Shown in pieces: positions 9,435 through 20,614 of a stretch of DNA of 64,000 bases. How positions within the stretch are numbered: the first letter of the stretch is position 1; every line of letters starts with the position of its first letter. The notes beneath the pieces were generated by a model, which made no database searches, was not told the DNA's origin, and saw only the letters and a program-made list of their open reading frames with translations. Both the position numbers and the translations under genes were made by a program. Origin of the DNA: Candidatus Poribacteria bacterium (GTDB taxonomy: Bacteria; Poribacteria; WGA-4E; WGA-3G); NCBI GenBank assembly GCA_964291315.2, contig OZ219752.1:160001-224000 (forward strand). Reading direction: 5' to 3'.

Positions 9435-10764
9435 CATCTACACCTCACAAGAAGTGATGGAAAATTTGACGGTCTTGTGCGATGAATATGGGGCAAGGTT
9501 CGCGGGAACCCCTGAGGAATATGAAGCCGCAAACTTTATCGCATCGTGTTTTAAACGTTACGGACTAGAAAATGTAGAACTAGAAGCATATCCCTACGCA
9601 GGTTGGACACGGGGGGCATCAACACTTGAGGTGATTGAACCGCTTCACAGAACATTGCCCTGTATTTCACTCCCGTATTGTCCGTCCGGAGATGTTACCA
9701 CCGAGCTTGTCTCTGTGGGATACGGAAGTCCTGCGGAATATGCGGACCTCGGCGATTCCGCTGTCAACAAACTAGTAATGGCACAGAGCGCCTCGCCGCC
9801 TGACCTCGGTAGGTGGGTACACCGTAAGGAGAAATTTGAACGAGCAGTTCTCGCCGGAGCAAGTGGTTTTATTTTTGTCAGCGAACACCCGGGAGTTGGC
9901 CCCGAAACCGGAAGTCTTCAAAACAACCGAGAAGCGCCTGTCCCTGGTATATCCGTTTGTAAGGAGGACGGTGAATTCCTGAAGCGCCTATTGGCACGAG
10001 GGGCTGGACACGTCAAACTCAAGCTCAAGACGACAGACATTAACGAACCCCGCACCTCATGGAATGTCGTCGCGGATCTGCCTGGGCATGAAAAGAGTGA
10101 AGAGATGATAATTTTGGGGTGTCACTATGACGGACATGATATTTCCCAAGGCGCTCACGATCCTGCATCCGGAATGGTATCCGTGATGGAAGCTGCACGT
10201 GTATTGTCCGCCTACGCAGCTGACTCCCTTAAGCGAACGATTCGGTTCATCGCCTTCGGAACAGAAGAAATCGGACTTACCGGGGCCTTCCGTTACGTTG
10301 ACACACATGCCTTGGAGCTAAACAATATTCGGTTCATGCTTAATATGGATGCGGCGGGCGGGGCAGGCCGAAAAGGCATAGTTCTCCATTGCTGGGACGC
10401 ACTGGAGCCATTTTTTAATGACGCTCGTGAGCAGATGCAGGCCGATATGCCCGTCGGACAAAAGGTACATTCTTACTCGGATCATTTTCCATTTTTCCTC
10501 AAAGGTGTGCCCTCATGTCACATGGGCGATCCTGAAACACCCTCAGCAGGTAGAGGCTTCGGTCACACCGCTTACGACACGCTCGACAAAGTGAAAATCG
10601 AAAATCTACGAGCTGCTAGTGCAGTCGGAGCAAGGGTAGCACTCAGGTGCTCTAAAGCCGAAGATTTTCCCGCGAAACGACGAGGCCCTGAAGCAGTGCA
10701 GAAAATTGTGGACACAGACCCAGGGTTAGAGGGATACCGCATCTCTCTCAAGCTGAAACATTAA
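9376..10764 (+). CDS. M28-family metallopeptidase with PA domain
   Basis: Zn-ligand motifs GCHYD, HDPASG, TEEIG, NMD, SDHFPF and GHTAYD. Start 9376 or 9385. Confidence 0.88.
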   Translation: MKLMSKTNPYLQIDRQMVGDIYTSQEVMENLTVLCDEYGARFAGTPEEYEAANFIASCFKRYGLENVELEAYPYAGWTRGASTLEVIEPLHRTLPCISLPYCPSGDVTTELVSVGYGSPAEYADLGDSAVNKLVMAQSASPPDLGRWVHRKEKFERAVLAGASGFIFVSEHPGVGPETGSLQNNREAPVPGISVCKEDGEFLKRLLARGAGHVKLKLKTTDINEPRTSWNVVADLPGHEKSEEMIILGCHYDGHDISQGAHDPASGMVSVMEAARVLSAYAADSLKRTIRFIAFGTEEIGLTGAFRYVDTHALELNNIRFMLNMDAAGGAGRKGIVLHCWDALEPFFNDAREQMQADMPVGQKVHSYSDHFPFFLKGVPSCHMGDPETPSAGRGFGHTAYDTLDKVKIENLRAASAVGARVALRCSKAEDFPAKRRGPEAVQKIVDTDPGLEGYRISLKLKH

Positions 10765-10787
10765 CCTATTGTTTTAGAAAACAGATT

Positions 10788-12218
10788 ATGATATATTTAC
10801 CTCATCGCTATAGTTGTATCCTGCTATTCTTACTATGCAAAATTTTTGTGCCTGCTGCTCCGCTCTGTCTAGATGCTCACAGCGCAGAACTCGGCAGTAA
10901 GAATACACAAGAAGCTGTCACAGCATCGCGCCAGACAGCAATCGTCACAGCAGTCGAGCGTGCTAGTCCCGCAGTCGTCAATATTAGTGCAATCCGTACC
11001 GTCGAAAGACGAACTTCGTTTAATGAATGGTGGTTTTGGGACGATGTCTTCTACCCGCGTAGACGTTCTCTCCGAGAAGTGGGTTCAGGTATCATCATTG
11101 ACAAAAAAGGACATATCTTGACGAACTATCACGTCATTAGAGATGCCGATAGCATCACCGTAACGCTCTCTGATGAGCGAGAATTTGCCGCGCGAATTAT
11201 CGGATTTGACTACTTGGCAGACCTCGCGCTTTTGGAAGTGGATACAGGTACAGTCTTGCCAGAGATTCAACTCGGAAATTCTGATACACTACTGATCGGG
11301 GAATGGGTCGTTGCGATCGGGAATCCGTTTAATTTATCAATCGGCAACGCACAGCCCACGGTCACGATCGGCATTGTGAGTGCCACCGAACGCGCTTTTG
11401 CTGTCGATGACCGTTACCATGAAAATCTGATTCAGACAGATGCCTCTATCAATCCAGGTAACAGCGGGGGCGCGTTAGTAAATATACATGGACAACTCAT
11501 CGGTATAAACACTGTCATCAAAACTACAAGCGGCGGTTCACAAGGAGTTGGGTTTGCCATCCCTATCAACAAAGCAAGAAAAGTCATCCGGCAGATCCTT
11601 GAATACGGTACCGTTGTCCCACCTTACCTCGGCGCGAAGGAAATCCAACCTCTGACCGAGGATTTAGCAGAAAAGCTGTCTATACTATATAACATTGGAG
11701 TTCTAGTGTCTGAAGTAGACAAGCGGAGCCCTGCTGCTTTTGCAGGCATTAAACGCGGAGATGTAATTACAGCGATTTCGGGGCAACCTATAAAGAGCGT
11801 AGAAGACTTTAAAACAATCACACGGCTCCTACCGCTTCACGAAACCATAGCTTGTGAGTTTGTCCGACGTGGCAAAAAGCAACAGACCCAATTCACGTTG
11901 AAAACTTTGGAATGGAGTTACACACCGACCGGTTGGGGATTAACACTTGCACAACTCGATAAGGCGATGGCTCGCAAGTACGAACGCCTCGGGGTTATTG
12001 TTGCTGACGTAGAGAAACGGAGCGGTTTGAGCGATGTACTTAAGCGTGGGGATTTTATCTATCGGATTGACAACTTTAAAATTCACTCGCTCGAAATTTT
12101 TAAAGTTGTTGTTGACGAACTAACCCGCACCCAAAATACGATGCGACTCTACTTTGAACGAGACGGTATTGATGAAACAATTGTTGTTACTTTTAATCGA
12201 AACAATCGACGGAGATAA
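10788..12218 (+). CDS. degP: HtrA/DegP serine protease with PDZ domains
   Basis: Catalytic triad TNYHV / DLALL / INPGNSGG, signal peptide, one clear and one degenerate PDZ domain. Confidence 0.9.
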   Translation: MIYLPHRYSCILLFLLCKIFVPAAPLCLDAHSAELGSKNTQEAVTASRQTAIVTAVERASPAVVNISAIRTVERRTSFNEWWFWDDVFYPRRRSLREVGSGIIIDKKGHILTNYHVIRDADSITVTLSDEREFAARIIGFDYLADLALLEVDTGTVLPEIQLGNSDTLLIGEWVVAIGNPFNLSIGNAQPTVTIGIVSATERAFAVDDRYHENLIQTDASINPGNSGGALVNIHGQLIGINTVIKTTSGGSQGVGFAIPINKARKVIRQILEYGTVVPPYLGAKEIQPLTEDLAEKLSILYNIGVLVSEVDKRSPAAFAGIKRGDVITAISGQPIKSVEDFKTITRLLPLHETIACEFVRRGKKQQTQFTLKTLEWSYTPTGWGLTLAQLDKAMARKYERLGVIVADVEKRSGLSDVLKRGDFIYRIDNFKIHSLEIFKVVVDELTRTQNTMRLYFERDGIDETIVVTFNRNNRRR

Positions 12219-12414
12219 GTGTTCTTAATAGTCGTCAACTATCAGCTGTCTGTCGCTCGTTGTCATAGGAGATACCGTTTGCGACTGCTACATGCTTAAC
12301 TGATAACCACTATGAGTAAAGACTAGCCTATGCCTGTTCTCCACAACTATTGAAACCTGATCTAGAAACCTTCAAGGACAACAAACGCAGTAGGCAGGAG
12401 GCGAAATAAAAAAC

Positions 12415-13131
12415 ATGAAATTGCAATTACCCACACTTATCACTGTTTGCATCGCTTTTTTGCTAATTGGCGGAATCTACTTCTTTGTTAGAGCCCCATC
12501 GGAATTAGATGTTGCTGTCAATCTGGAAAGTGAGGAATTTAAACAATTGCGCACTGACGCTACAGATGCCTTCAACGCCGGGAAATATCAACAAGCCATC
12601 GAACTTTATAGGCAGGCGTTAAAGATGCGACCTGAAAATGCTGAAGTCTTTAACGATCTCGGAACCGTTTACTACGAGCGCGGACTGAGATATGCCGGCC
12701 CCAGCTGGCCCTCATGGGAAAAAGAACTCAGAGATGAAACTCCCGCTCAAGGCATCGCGGAGCTTGAGATTGCTGTGGCGAAAACAACCTCCGGGGTCAT
12801 TATGTTCAAAACGCGAAATGAGACAGTCGCTGATGTTATTGAGAAACACGCAGCACAACTTGGCGGTGAAGTTTATCGACGACGCTGGGAAAATGAAATT
12901 ACACTCAACATTCTCATCGGGTCAACAAAAGATTTGCTCTTGCGCGCCAGAGACCATTATATCTACGCCTTAGATTTGAAACCGACACATAGCCTTGCAC
13001 ATCGAAATCTCGGATCATTTTACATGAAAGTAGGTAAGACCGATAAAGCCCTTGACCATTTTCAGGAAGCCTACAGATTGGATCCGCGCGATACCGAACT
13101 CGAAGAATATCTGAATCAGTTCAGAAAGTAA
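12415..13131 (+). CDS. Membrane-anchored TPR protein
   Basis: N-terminal TM helix; TPR motifs (AIELYRQALKMRPENAEVFNDLG; AHRNLGSFY...ALDHFQEAYRLDP); AGGAGG RBS. Confidence 0.85.
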   Translation: MKLQLPTLITVCIAFLLIGGIYFFVRAPSELDVAVNLESEEFKQLRTDATDAFNAGKYQQAIELYRQALKMRPENAEVFNDLGTVYYERGLRYAGPSWPSWEKELRDETPAQGIAELEIAVAKTTSGVIMFKTRNETVADVIEKHAAQLGGEVYRRRWENEITLNILIGSTKDLLLRARDHYIYALDLKPTHSLAHRNLGSFYMKVGKTDKALDHFQEAYRLDPRDTELEEYLNQFRK

Positions 13132-13264
13132 TTGCTGCTTAGCCATATGTCATCGGTTGTTCGTTAAGAGATAGGGCCATTGAACCAGAGCTCGTTTTAA
13201 CTAATAACTGACAGACAATTGATAACCATGTTTCACTCGCCTTGTGCTGGGACAAAAAAATATT

Positions 13265-16200
13265 ATGCAGCATAAACGTTGCACAAACTGTGGATTTTTG
13301 AATCCTCCATTCAAATTTTGTGGTGAATGTGGAAATTCACTCAGTGATACCTCAAGTTCACTCCAAACCCAAGCTGTTGGTGCGCTCGCTATGGAAGCAG
13401 CATTAACACATGGAGCAGAACGCCGCCAACTAACAGTTCTCTTCTGTGATATTGTTGATTCCACCGCATTCACTGAAAGACTTGATCCCGAAGAACTCCG
13501 ACATCTACTGGAGGTCTATAGAACATGCGTTATGGAGGTTGTTTTAGCGCAAAGCGGACATATGGCACGCTACTTCGGGGACGGTATCCTCGTCTACTTC
13601 GGATACCCGATTGCACACGAAGACACCGCACACCGTGCCGTGAGAGCTGCACTCGGTATCGTCGCCGCTATGGAGACACTGAACCCATATCTTCTCAAGA
13701 CCTTCGGCGTAGAAATCAACGTACGAGTCAGTATCGACACGGGACTTGTTGTTGTTTGGCATATCTCGGAGGAAAAGTCCCCTGAAGCAATTGATATCGT
13801 AGGTAAAACGCCAAACCTCGCTGCCAGAATTCAAAAACTTGCACCACCAAACAGCATTATTATTGGTGATACAACGCATCAGTTGGTTGAAGGTTTTTTT
13901 AAATGTGATGCCCTCGGTGCCGCACCGCTCCGTGGAATTTCACAGCCTGTGAATATCTATCAAGTATCCGGTGAAATCCTGGCACAAAGCCGGTTGGACA
14001 TCGCTAGCGAAACCGGGTTGACCCCGCTTATCGGAAGGGATCGCGAGGTCGAATCCCTCAAACACGGTTGGACACAAGTACTTGCATCTCAGGGGCAAGC
14101 ATTTCTGATTCAAGGGGAAGCCGGCATCGGAAAGTCACGTTGTGTGCAGGTAATCCAAGAATATGTTGATCGTCAGCAGGAAGCCGTTATTATAGAAGGC
14201 AGATGTTCACCGTATTACCAGAATAGCCCTTTATATTCTGTTCTTTCTATTTTTCAAGAACACATCGTGCAATTTACCAACACCGATACGGCACAGGCAC
14301 GGCTTGATAAACTTGAAAACTTATTGCAAGACTATAACGTCCCGACTGTTCAACCGGAAAATTCAGATAGCAAAGAGCAAACAGACACAACAGACACAAC
14401 AGAAGCGCTGCCACTACTCGCTGAATTACTGGAGATACCTTTTGAAATTCAGCGGCAAACGGAAACGGGTATAGGGGCTCGTACCTACAGTAGACCCGTC
14501 CAACGGCGCATATATCCATCAGGATGGAGACGGCGGCAACGCCGGCAACAGACCTTGGAAGTTCTCGTCCAAGTACTCCTGAAAATGGCCGAGCGAAAAC
14601 CGATCCTTTTTGTCCTTGAGGATCTGCACTGGATAGATCCTTCAAGCATAGAATTTCTTACGATCTTAATCTCTCGAATCGAGAGATCCCGAATTTTCGC
14701 AATTTTGTCCTGTCGTTCCAATGTGCAAACCTTCCGGCACAATGAGCAATCTCAAAAAGGCGGAAACCGACTGACCTCCTCTGACCGGAACGCTGCAAAC
14801 TCCGCCCTCGACAGAGAAATTTTGGACGAGCTCCTGCGCCCTAGATGGGCAAGCACATTACCGTTAGCGGCTCTAAAACCGATCGAAGCAGAAGCAATGA
14901 TACAGCACGTCGCGGGGGATACACTACTGTCGTCAGATTTATTAAAGCAGATCGTCGAAATGACCAAAGGTGTGCCGCTGTTTGTCGAAGAACTCACTCA
15001 AATGGTACTCGAAGGTGGAGTACTCTCCTTAACATCTAATAGCCTAGGCGACACAACACCACGCTCGCAAGCGACGGACATCCCTGTTACACTACAAGAC
15101 TTGTTGACTGCCCGATTAGATGAACTCGGCCCAGCAAAGGAAATTATCCAACTCGGTGCAACGCTCGGAAGAGAATGGACAAGCCAACTACTTTACAAGG
15201 TCGCTTCAGGTATTCATCTAGAGAATTATCCTTCTGTTGATTTGGAAACTCTAAAGAATGAATTGGCCGGATTAGTGAACTCATACATTCTCAATCGAAA
15301 CGAGGTGGCTGACAATCAGGTCCGCTACACTTTCAGACACCCATTGCTTCGAGAGACTGCGTATCAGTCGCTGCTCAGGAGTAGAAGACAGCAGTATCAT
15401 CAACAGATTGCAGAGGTGTTACAGGATAGCAGTGAAAATTTCCAGTCCGAGTTGGTCGCATATCACTATACTGAGGCTGGACTTCCCGAAAAAGCGGTTC
15501 ATTATTGGCAGCATGCCGGGCATCGTGCCTTAGAACGTTCCGCAAACATCGAAGGTGCACGGCACATCAGACAAGGACTTGCAGCACTCGAAACGTTATC
15601 AGAGAACGCCAGCACCCAGGAACTCGAGGCAACAGCACAATTAGAACTAGAATTACAAACGACTCTCGGAACTGCTCTGATTGTGACAAAGGGTTACGCC
15701 TCTGAAGAGGTAGAAGTCGCCTATACACGGGCCCGTGAATTGTTAGACACACTTGAAGCCAAAAAGCTTGTTCCGAACGTAGGGGTTGGGTCTTTGGCTG
15801 GTACCAATGAACGAGATCTCCGTTTCCCTGTCTTATTTGGACTCTGGTTATCGCATCTCGTACGCGGACGACTCATCTCGGCGCGTGAACTCGGTGAGCA
15901 GTGCTTCACGATTGCCAAGCAAGTCGGAGACCTCGCTTTTGAAGTAGAGGCGCGGCGTGCCCTCGGCGCAACACTCTATTATTTGAGCGAATTCAAGAGC
16001 GCTCGGGAGCACCTTGATGCAGGAATTGAGATATATCAACCGCAACACTACCCGATCTCAACATTCCTGCACTATGTTGCAGACCCCGGGATGACATTGC
16101 TCGCTTATTCTGCTCCACTTCTGTGGTGTCTCGGTTATCCTACACAAGCCGAATCTCGACTCTCTGAAGCTGAGACAATTGGCAAGAACAGAAATCACCC

Positions 16201-16915
16201 TTTTAGCGATGCGGTTCTGCTACATTTTAAAACTGTGCTTTATCAGTATGAAGCCAACGTAGAAAAGGTGAACGCTGCCGCAACGGAGATGCTACAGATA
16301 TGTCAGGAACACGGCTTTTCCACTTGGGAAGCCGCTGCAAAGGTGATGAAAGGATGGGCACTCACAGAACAAAGCAATTCACAAGAAGGGATCGCTATGA
16401 TCTGTCAAGGTATCGAGGCGTGGGAACAAACACGCGCTGAAGTGCTCCTTCCACTTTTTCTCGCCCTACTCGCCCAAGCATATCAGCGGACAGGGCAACA
16501 CAGTTTAGCCTTACAAACCCTTGATTCCGCACTATCTGTTGCAGATCAAACTGGGGAACGAACCTATGCTGCGGAACTCACGCGACAACAAGGAGAACTC
16601 TATCTTATGATTTCAGAGGAAAACGAGACTTCAGACAAAGAACGAACCGCACTGAATCGAGCAGAAGACTATTTTCAAACTGCATTAGCACTTGCACGCC
16701 AACAGGGTGCGAAATCATGGGAACTCCGAGCCGCGCTAAGTCTATGTGAATTGTGGCGGACCCAAAATCGATTCCAGGACGCGTGTACGTTATTAGAACC
16801 GATATATGCTTGGTTTTCAGAAGGATTTAACACGAAAGACCTCAAGCGCGCGAAAAACCTTTTAGAAAAGTTGGAAACTAAAAAATGTTCAAGGAAAGGA
16901 GGCCTATCGCCCTGA
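13265..16915 (+). CDS. Zn-ribbon + class III adenylate/guanylate cyclase + STAND/AAA ATPase + TPR protein
   Basis: CTNCG..FCGECG; TVLFCDIVDST, FGDG, VGKTPNLAARIQ; Walker A GEAGIGKS; Walker B VLEDLHW; C-terminal WELRAA...WFSEGFNT. Confidence 0.92.
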   Translation: MQHKRCTNCGFLNPPFKFCGECGNSLSDTSSSLQTQAVGALAMEAALTHGAERRQLTVLFCDIVDSTAFTERLDPEELRHLLEVYRTCVMEVVLAQSGHMARYFGDGILVYFGYPIAHEDTAHRAVRAALGIVAAMETLNPYLLKTFGVEINVRVSIDTGLVVVWHISEEKSPEAIDIVGKTPNLAARIQKLAPPNSIIIGDTTHQLVEGFFKCDALGAAPLRGISQPVNIYQVSGEILAQSRLDIASETGLTPLIGRDREVESLKHGWTQVLASQGQAFLIQGEAGIGKSRCVQVIQEYVDRQQEAVIIEGRCSPYYQNSPLYSVLSIFQEHIVQFTNTDTAQARLDKLENLLQDYNVPTVQPENSDSKEQTDTTDTTEALPLLAELLEIPFEIQRQTETGIGARTYSRPVQRRIYPSGWRRRQRRQQTLEVLVQVLLKMAERKPILFVLEDLHWIDPSSIEFLTILISRIERSRIFAILSCRSNVQTFRHNEQSQKGGNRLTSSDRNAANSALDREILDELLRPRWASTLPLAALKPIEAEAMIQHVAGDTLLSSDLLKQIVEMTKGVPLFVEELTQMVLEGGVLSLTSNSLGDTTPRSQATDIPVTLQDLLTARLDELGPAKEIIQLGATLGREWTSQLLYKVASGIHLENYPSVDLETLKNELAGLVNSYILNRNEVADNQVRYTFRHPLLRETAYQSLLRSRRQQYHQQIAEVLQDSSENFQSELVAYHYTEAGLPEKAVHYWQHAGHRALERSANIEGARHIRQGLAALETLSENASTQELEATAQLELELQTTLGTALIVTKGYASEEVEVAYTRARELLDTLEAKKLVPNVGVGSLAGTNERDLRFPVLFGLWLSHLVRGRLISARELGEQCFTIAKQVGDLAFEVEARRALGATLYYLSEFKSAREHLDAGIEIYQPQHYPISTFLHYVADPGMTLLAYSAPLLWCLGYPTQAESRLSEAETIGKNRNHPFSDAVLLHFKTVLYQYEANVEKVNAAATEMLQICQEHGFSTWEAAAKVMKGWALTEQSNSQEGIAMICQGIEAWEQTRAEVLLPLFLALLAQAYQRTGQHSLALQTLDSALSVADQTGERTYAAELTRQQGELYLMISEENETSDKERTALNRAEDYFQTALALARQQGAKSWELRAALSLCELWRTQNRFQDACTLLEPIYAWFSEGFNTKDLKRAKNLLEKLETKKCSRKGGLSP

Positions 16916-17160
16916 CTTTTGGCAAGTATTATTTTTCAAATACCGGTCAGTTATTGCCAGATAGATAGCATTGGCCATAGCAGCAATCGGTTGCAAGGTT
17001 AAAGTAACTCCTTTAGAAAGTAACAGAAAAAAGGGAATTTTCCTAGATGAAGAACCCAAACTTCTGTCATTTGCCAAAAACGAGCCTATAGGGGAACTAA
17101 CCCCCCTGAACTTAGAAACCTTGCTTCACGTTGTAAGCTAGAAAAGAGGTATAATTAATT

Positions 17161-18021
17161 ATGAGACTCGGTGTCGTTGGACTCTGCGGGGACTTCCGCA
17201 TACTTACATTAGACGAAATTGAAAAAGTCAAGACGTTGGAGTTTACGGGTTTAAGTTTCCATTTTCCCAGTACAGAGATCCCATCAGTGTCGCCGGATGC
17301 TTGTGCTCGCTGTGTACAGATGTTAGAAGATGCGAACCTTGATCTTGTGCAATTCGGTATAACTTATGAGGAATGCCTCTTTCATCCAGATACCGACGTA
17401 CGTAAAGCCGCGATTACAAGCGTCCAACGTGGTATGGCGACCGCTGTCTCTCTTAATGCACACCACTACCTATTTCGTCCAGGGAGTCTAAATCCTGATG
17501 GTGCCTGGACATCACATCCGGACAACCATCTCCCAGAATCAATGGAATGCTTGATTGATACTTTGAAACCAATTGCCGAACACGCTGAACAACAAGGTCT
17601 GACGCTCGTTATGGAAACCCATGCCGTTTCAATTATGGATTCACCTGAAACTTGCAGGGCAGTGGTAGAGCGTGTCGGCTCTGAGAGGCTTCGCATTGTC
17701 ATGGATTTTGTCAACCATTTTCAAACGCTTCGACAGGTCTACAACAGTGAAGAGAGACTTAATCATATTTTTGATGTGATGGGTCACGTTGCACCAATGG
17801 CCCATATCAAAGACATCAGCGTACAGAACGGCCTACTCCTTCACCTTAACGAAGAAGTTCCCGGTGAAGGAGAACTGGAACTCGGCGTGGCTTTGAAACG
17901 TTTTAATGCACTATATCCTGACGGCTACGGATTGATAGAACATCTCCCAACGGATAAAATTCCGATCGCGAATACAAATATCCGGCGAATCGCCGCTGAA
18001 AACGGAGTTTGTATCTATTAA
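17161..18021 (+). CDS. Sugar phosphate isomerase/epimerase (xylose-isomerase-like TIM barrel)
   Basis: LVMETH, MDFVN, AHIKD and IEH metal-ligand motifs. Confidence 0.85.
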   Translation: MRLGVVGLCGDFRILTLDEIEKVKTLEFTGLSFHFPSTEIPSVSPDACARCVQMLEDANLDLVQFGITYEECLFHPDTDVRKAAITSVQRGMATAVSLNAHHYLFRPGSLNPDGAWTSHPDNHLPESMECLIDTLKPIAEHAEQQGLTLVMETHAVSIMDSPETCRAVVERVGSERLRIVMDFVNHFQTLRQVYNSEERLNHIFDVMGHVAPMAHIKDISVQNGLLLHLNEEVPGEGELELGVALKRFNALYPDGYGLIEHLPTDKIPIANTNIRRIAAENGVCIY

Positions 18022-18033
18022 CCGAGGAGTTTC

Positions 18034-20559
18034 ATGATGTTTAAAAACATAAAAAGAACCAATCTTTTGGCGCATCGTGTGCAAGCCTCCCCCATTAAGA
18101 CATCCCTCCTCGTCTTAATTTTTGGACTATTTTCTCTTGTGTTCACAGCTATGGGCCAGGAATCGAATGTTGTTGCAGTGGCACAGAAACAGGTACGCAG
18201 CTGGTGGGCGAATTCGCAAGTTTACATCGGCGTTATCGTCCTCGTTTTTGTGATTAGCAGCCTCGGATATATCATCAGGCTCTTTCGGAAAGACAAACTC
18301 CTAAAGAAACTTTTGGACAAATACGTGGTTTTCCAGATGAAAGACGGCCAGCGGTACCGAGGGACGATGCGACTTGAATTCACTGGTATGGAAATTATCT
18401 CTGAGGAGTCAAGGCAGCGCGGGCATGCCCCGAGTTATATCTTCACCAATGAAGAACGTGAAGCAGGAATTGTTGCCTATATTCGTTATCTTGATTCAAT
18501 GAATGCAAGCGAATTGCGCGAACGTACCTGGGAACTTGAGCGTGTCTACCATCCCCCACTCTTCTGCAAGATCGGGCGAAAAATTCGGAACATGTTCATC
18601 GCTCTCAAAGAAGCGCTCGACGAAGCTATTAATATGGTGTGGAACAGTGTCAGGGGTGGTGCCAACAAACGACTGGCAAGGTACAGTAAAGCATATCAAT
18701 CCGCCGCGGGAGGCGACTTTGATAAAAGGCTCCAGGAATTGAAGGATGAATCCGCAGGTTATTTGGAGCAGGAAAGTTATGAACGCCTAATCGAACGGCT
18801 GGTTGGCACCCGGATCAAAGTCCGAGTCCGTTTTGGTGAGGATGATACGGAATATACGGCTATTCTCAAGGACTATAACAATAAGCATATCGCACTGATG
18901 AATGTCAAGGATGCGGATGGCAACGGTTACAAAGACGAATGGGAATACGAATGGAAATTTGAGAAAGATCTTAACAAACTTAACGTACGGGATGACCGAG
19001 GTCTGCGGTGTCGCGCTGAAGGGGATCTAATTATCTTTGAAAACAACACGCCATATTCCATCCAGCTTGGAAGTATCCATTTGTGGGACGGGGCACCGAA
19101 ATGGGGGACAGATTATAAATATAAACACCATATCCGTGCCTTTAGCGTTCAAGAACTACCGTTGGATATCGTCATTAATCGTAAAGTGAAACCTTTTGAT
19201 CGAGTATCAACTCGACACCGACATTCTATCAGCAATTACAAAAAAATATCTTTCAAATTTCGCTCCTTCCGTGATGCAGACATTGTGTTCCCACGACGTT
19301 ATTGCACGATCGTCGAAAGCGCTGAAAAATATCAACCTGAGCTTTTCAGTCTATCTGGCTTAACGGACGCTATTTTGGACATGCGTGACTCAGAAAACAT
19401 CGCTATTACGGATAAAGAGGGCGAACCGATCCACGGCATCAACGTTGTTCACGGGTACGTGACAAATATCAACGAAGAACGAATTGACTTGAGGTCTATT
19501 GATGCCAGTTACAGTCGACGGTGGGATGTCGAAAACGCTTTTCACCGCTTTGATAATATACTTCGCCCCGGATCTCCGGTCTATAGGAGACTTCTGCCTA
19601 TAAATCGAGGTCGAACTGCAGCATACCCCTCTATTGTCCAGCAGATACATAGTAATCCTATTCGGCACGCCGCACTAGCACCGCTCGCTTACCCACAGAG
19701 GCGCAATTTAAACACGGCTGTAAAGCGCACACGCACTTGGCATCGGATTTTGGTGTACATAGAGGCCACCGTCATTGGAAAGCTTTGGAAACCAGAAAAC
19801 CGGGGTATCAAAGTCTCTAATAATATCCGTTCGGAGGTACAAATCGCGATGCCCCTTAAACTCATGGCACTTACTGGAAATACATCTAAGGTGGAATTTC
19901 CTGTTATCGAACGTTTTGAATATATCCAGGGACACCATATAATTTGCAATCAGGTTCAGAATTTGCGTACCGACAAGCTCACAAGAACCGACATTTTGTG
20001 GATCGGCAATGGCGAAATCTACAAATCCGGCTATCGTCTGAATATCGATGCCGAACACAGGATTAAAAACTTTGTCGGCCAAGGCGGTATCGTCATCGTC
20101 TCCGGACAAGACATCAAAGCCAATGCGAAACAGCGCCGCGGTACCGGATGGATTCCAGAACCGCTTACCGGAATCGAATGCCAAGAAACCTACGAACTCT
20201 TTCCCACACGGCAAGGTAAACGTTCACGCATCTTCCAATCCCCGAACCCCCTGAACGGACACTCTCAAACAGATCACGATTTTATGGACCCGCCTTTTAT
20301 CCGATTGGACGACATGTGGTTAGATCCGCTCGGAAAGTGGATATCTCTTGCGAAAACGAATACGGCTGCCGCCGGCCTCCCGAGTAACGGTTTTGAAAAC
20401 GCCTCCCCACTGCTATTGCTTCCTTTCCAAAAAGGACTATACGTCGTCACGAGCCTGAAAAATGAGACAGAGGAAGATGTGCAGATTAACAACAAAATCA
20501 TGGAAAACTTGCTCCACTTCTCTGTTAAGTGGCTCGATCGACAACGCAAAACCCTTTAG
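18034..20559 (+). CDS. Large membrane-anchored hypothetical protein (two putative Sm-like domains, C-terminal class I GATase-like region)
   Basis: 841-aa ORF, GAGGAG RBS, two N-terminal hydrophobic helices. Domain calls are by eye. Confidence 0.8.
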   Translation: MMFKNIKRTNLLAHRVQASPIKTSLLVLIFGLFSLVFTAMGQESNVVAVAQKQVRSWWANSQVYIGVIVLVFVISSLGYIIRLFRKDKLLKKLLDKYVVFQMKDGQRYRGTMRLEFTGMEIISEESRQRGHAPSYIFTNEEREAGIVAYIRYLDSMNASELRERTWELERVYHPPLFCKIGRKIRNMFIALKEALDEAINMVWNSVRGGANKRLARYSKAYQSAAGGDFDKRLQELKDESAGYLEQESYERLIERLVGTRIKVRVRFGEDDTEYTAILKDYNNKHIALMNVKDADGNGYKDEWEYEWKFEKDLNKLNVRDDRGLRCRAEGDLIIFENNTPYSIQLGSIHLWDGAPKWGTDYKYKHHIRAFSVQELPLDIVINRKVKPFDRVSTRHRHSISNYKKISFKFRSFRDADIVFPRRYCTIVESAEKYQPELFSLSGLTDAILDMRDSENIAITDKEGEPIHGINVVHGYVTNINEERIDLRSIDASYSRRWDVENAFHRFDNILRPGSPVYRRLLPINRGRTAAYPSIVQQIHSNPIRHAALAPLAYPQRRNLNTAVKRTRTWHRILVYIEATVIGKLWKPENRGIKVSNNIRSEVQIAMPLKLMALTGNTSKVEFPVIERFEYIQGHHIICNQVQNLRTDKLTRTDILWIGNGEIYKSGYRLNIDAEHRIKNFVGQGGIVIVSGQDIKANAKQRRGTGWIPEPLTGIECQETYELFPTRQGKRSRIFQSPNPLNGHSQTDHDFMDPPFIRLDDMWLDPLGKWISLAKTNTAAAGLPSNGFENASPLLLLPFQKGLYVVTSLKNETEEDVQINNKIMENLLHFSVKWLDRQRKTL

Positions 20560-20614
20560 GTTGTTTGTAGGAAGAATTTCGGAACCCCGCCCACAGACTC
20601 CTGCTAGCCAATCC

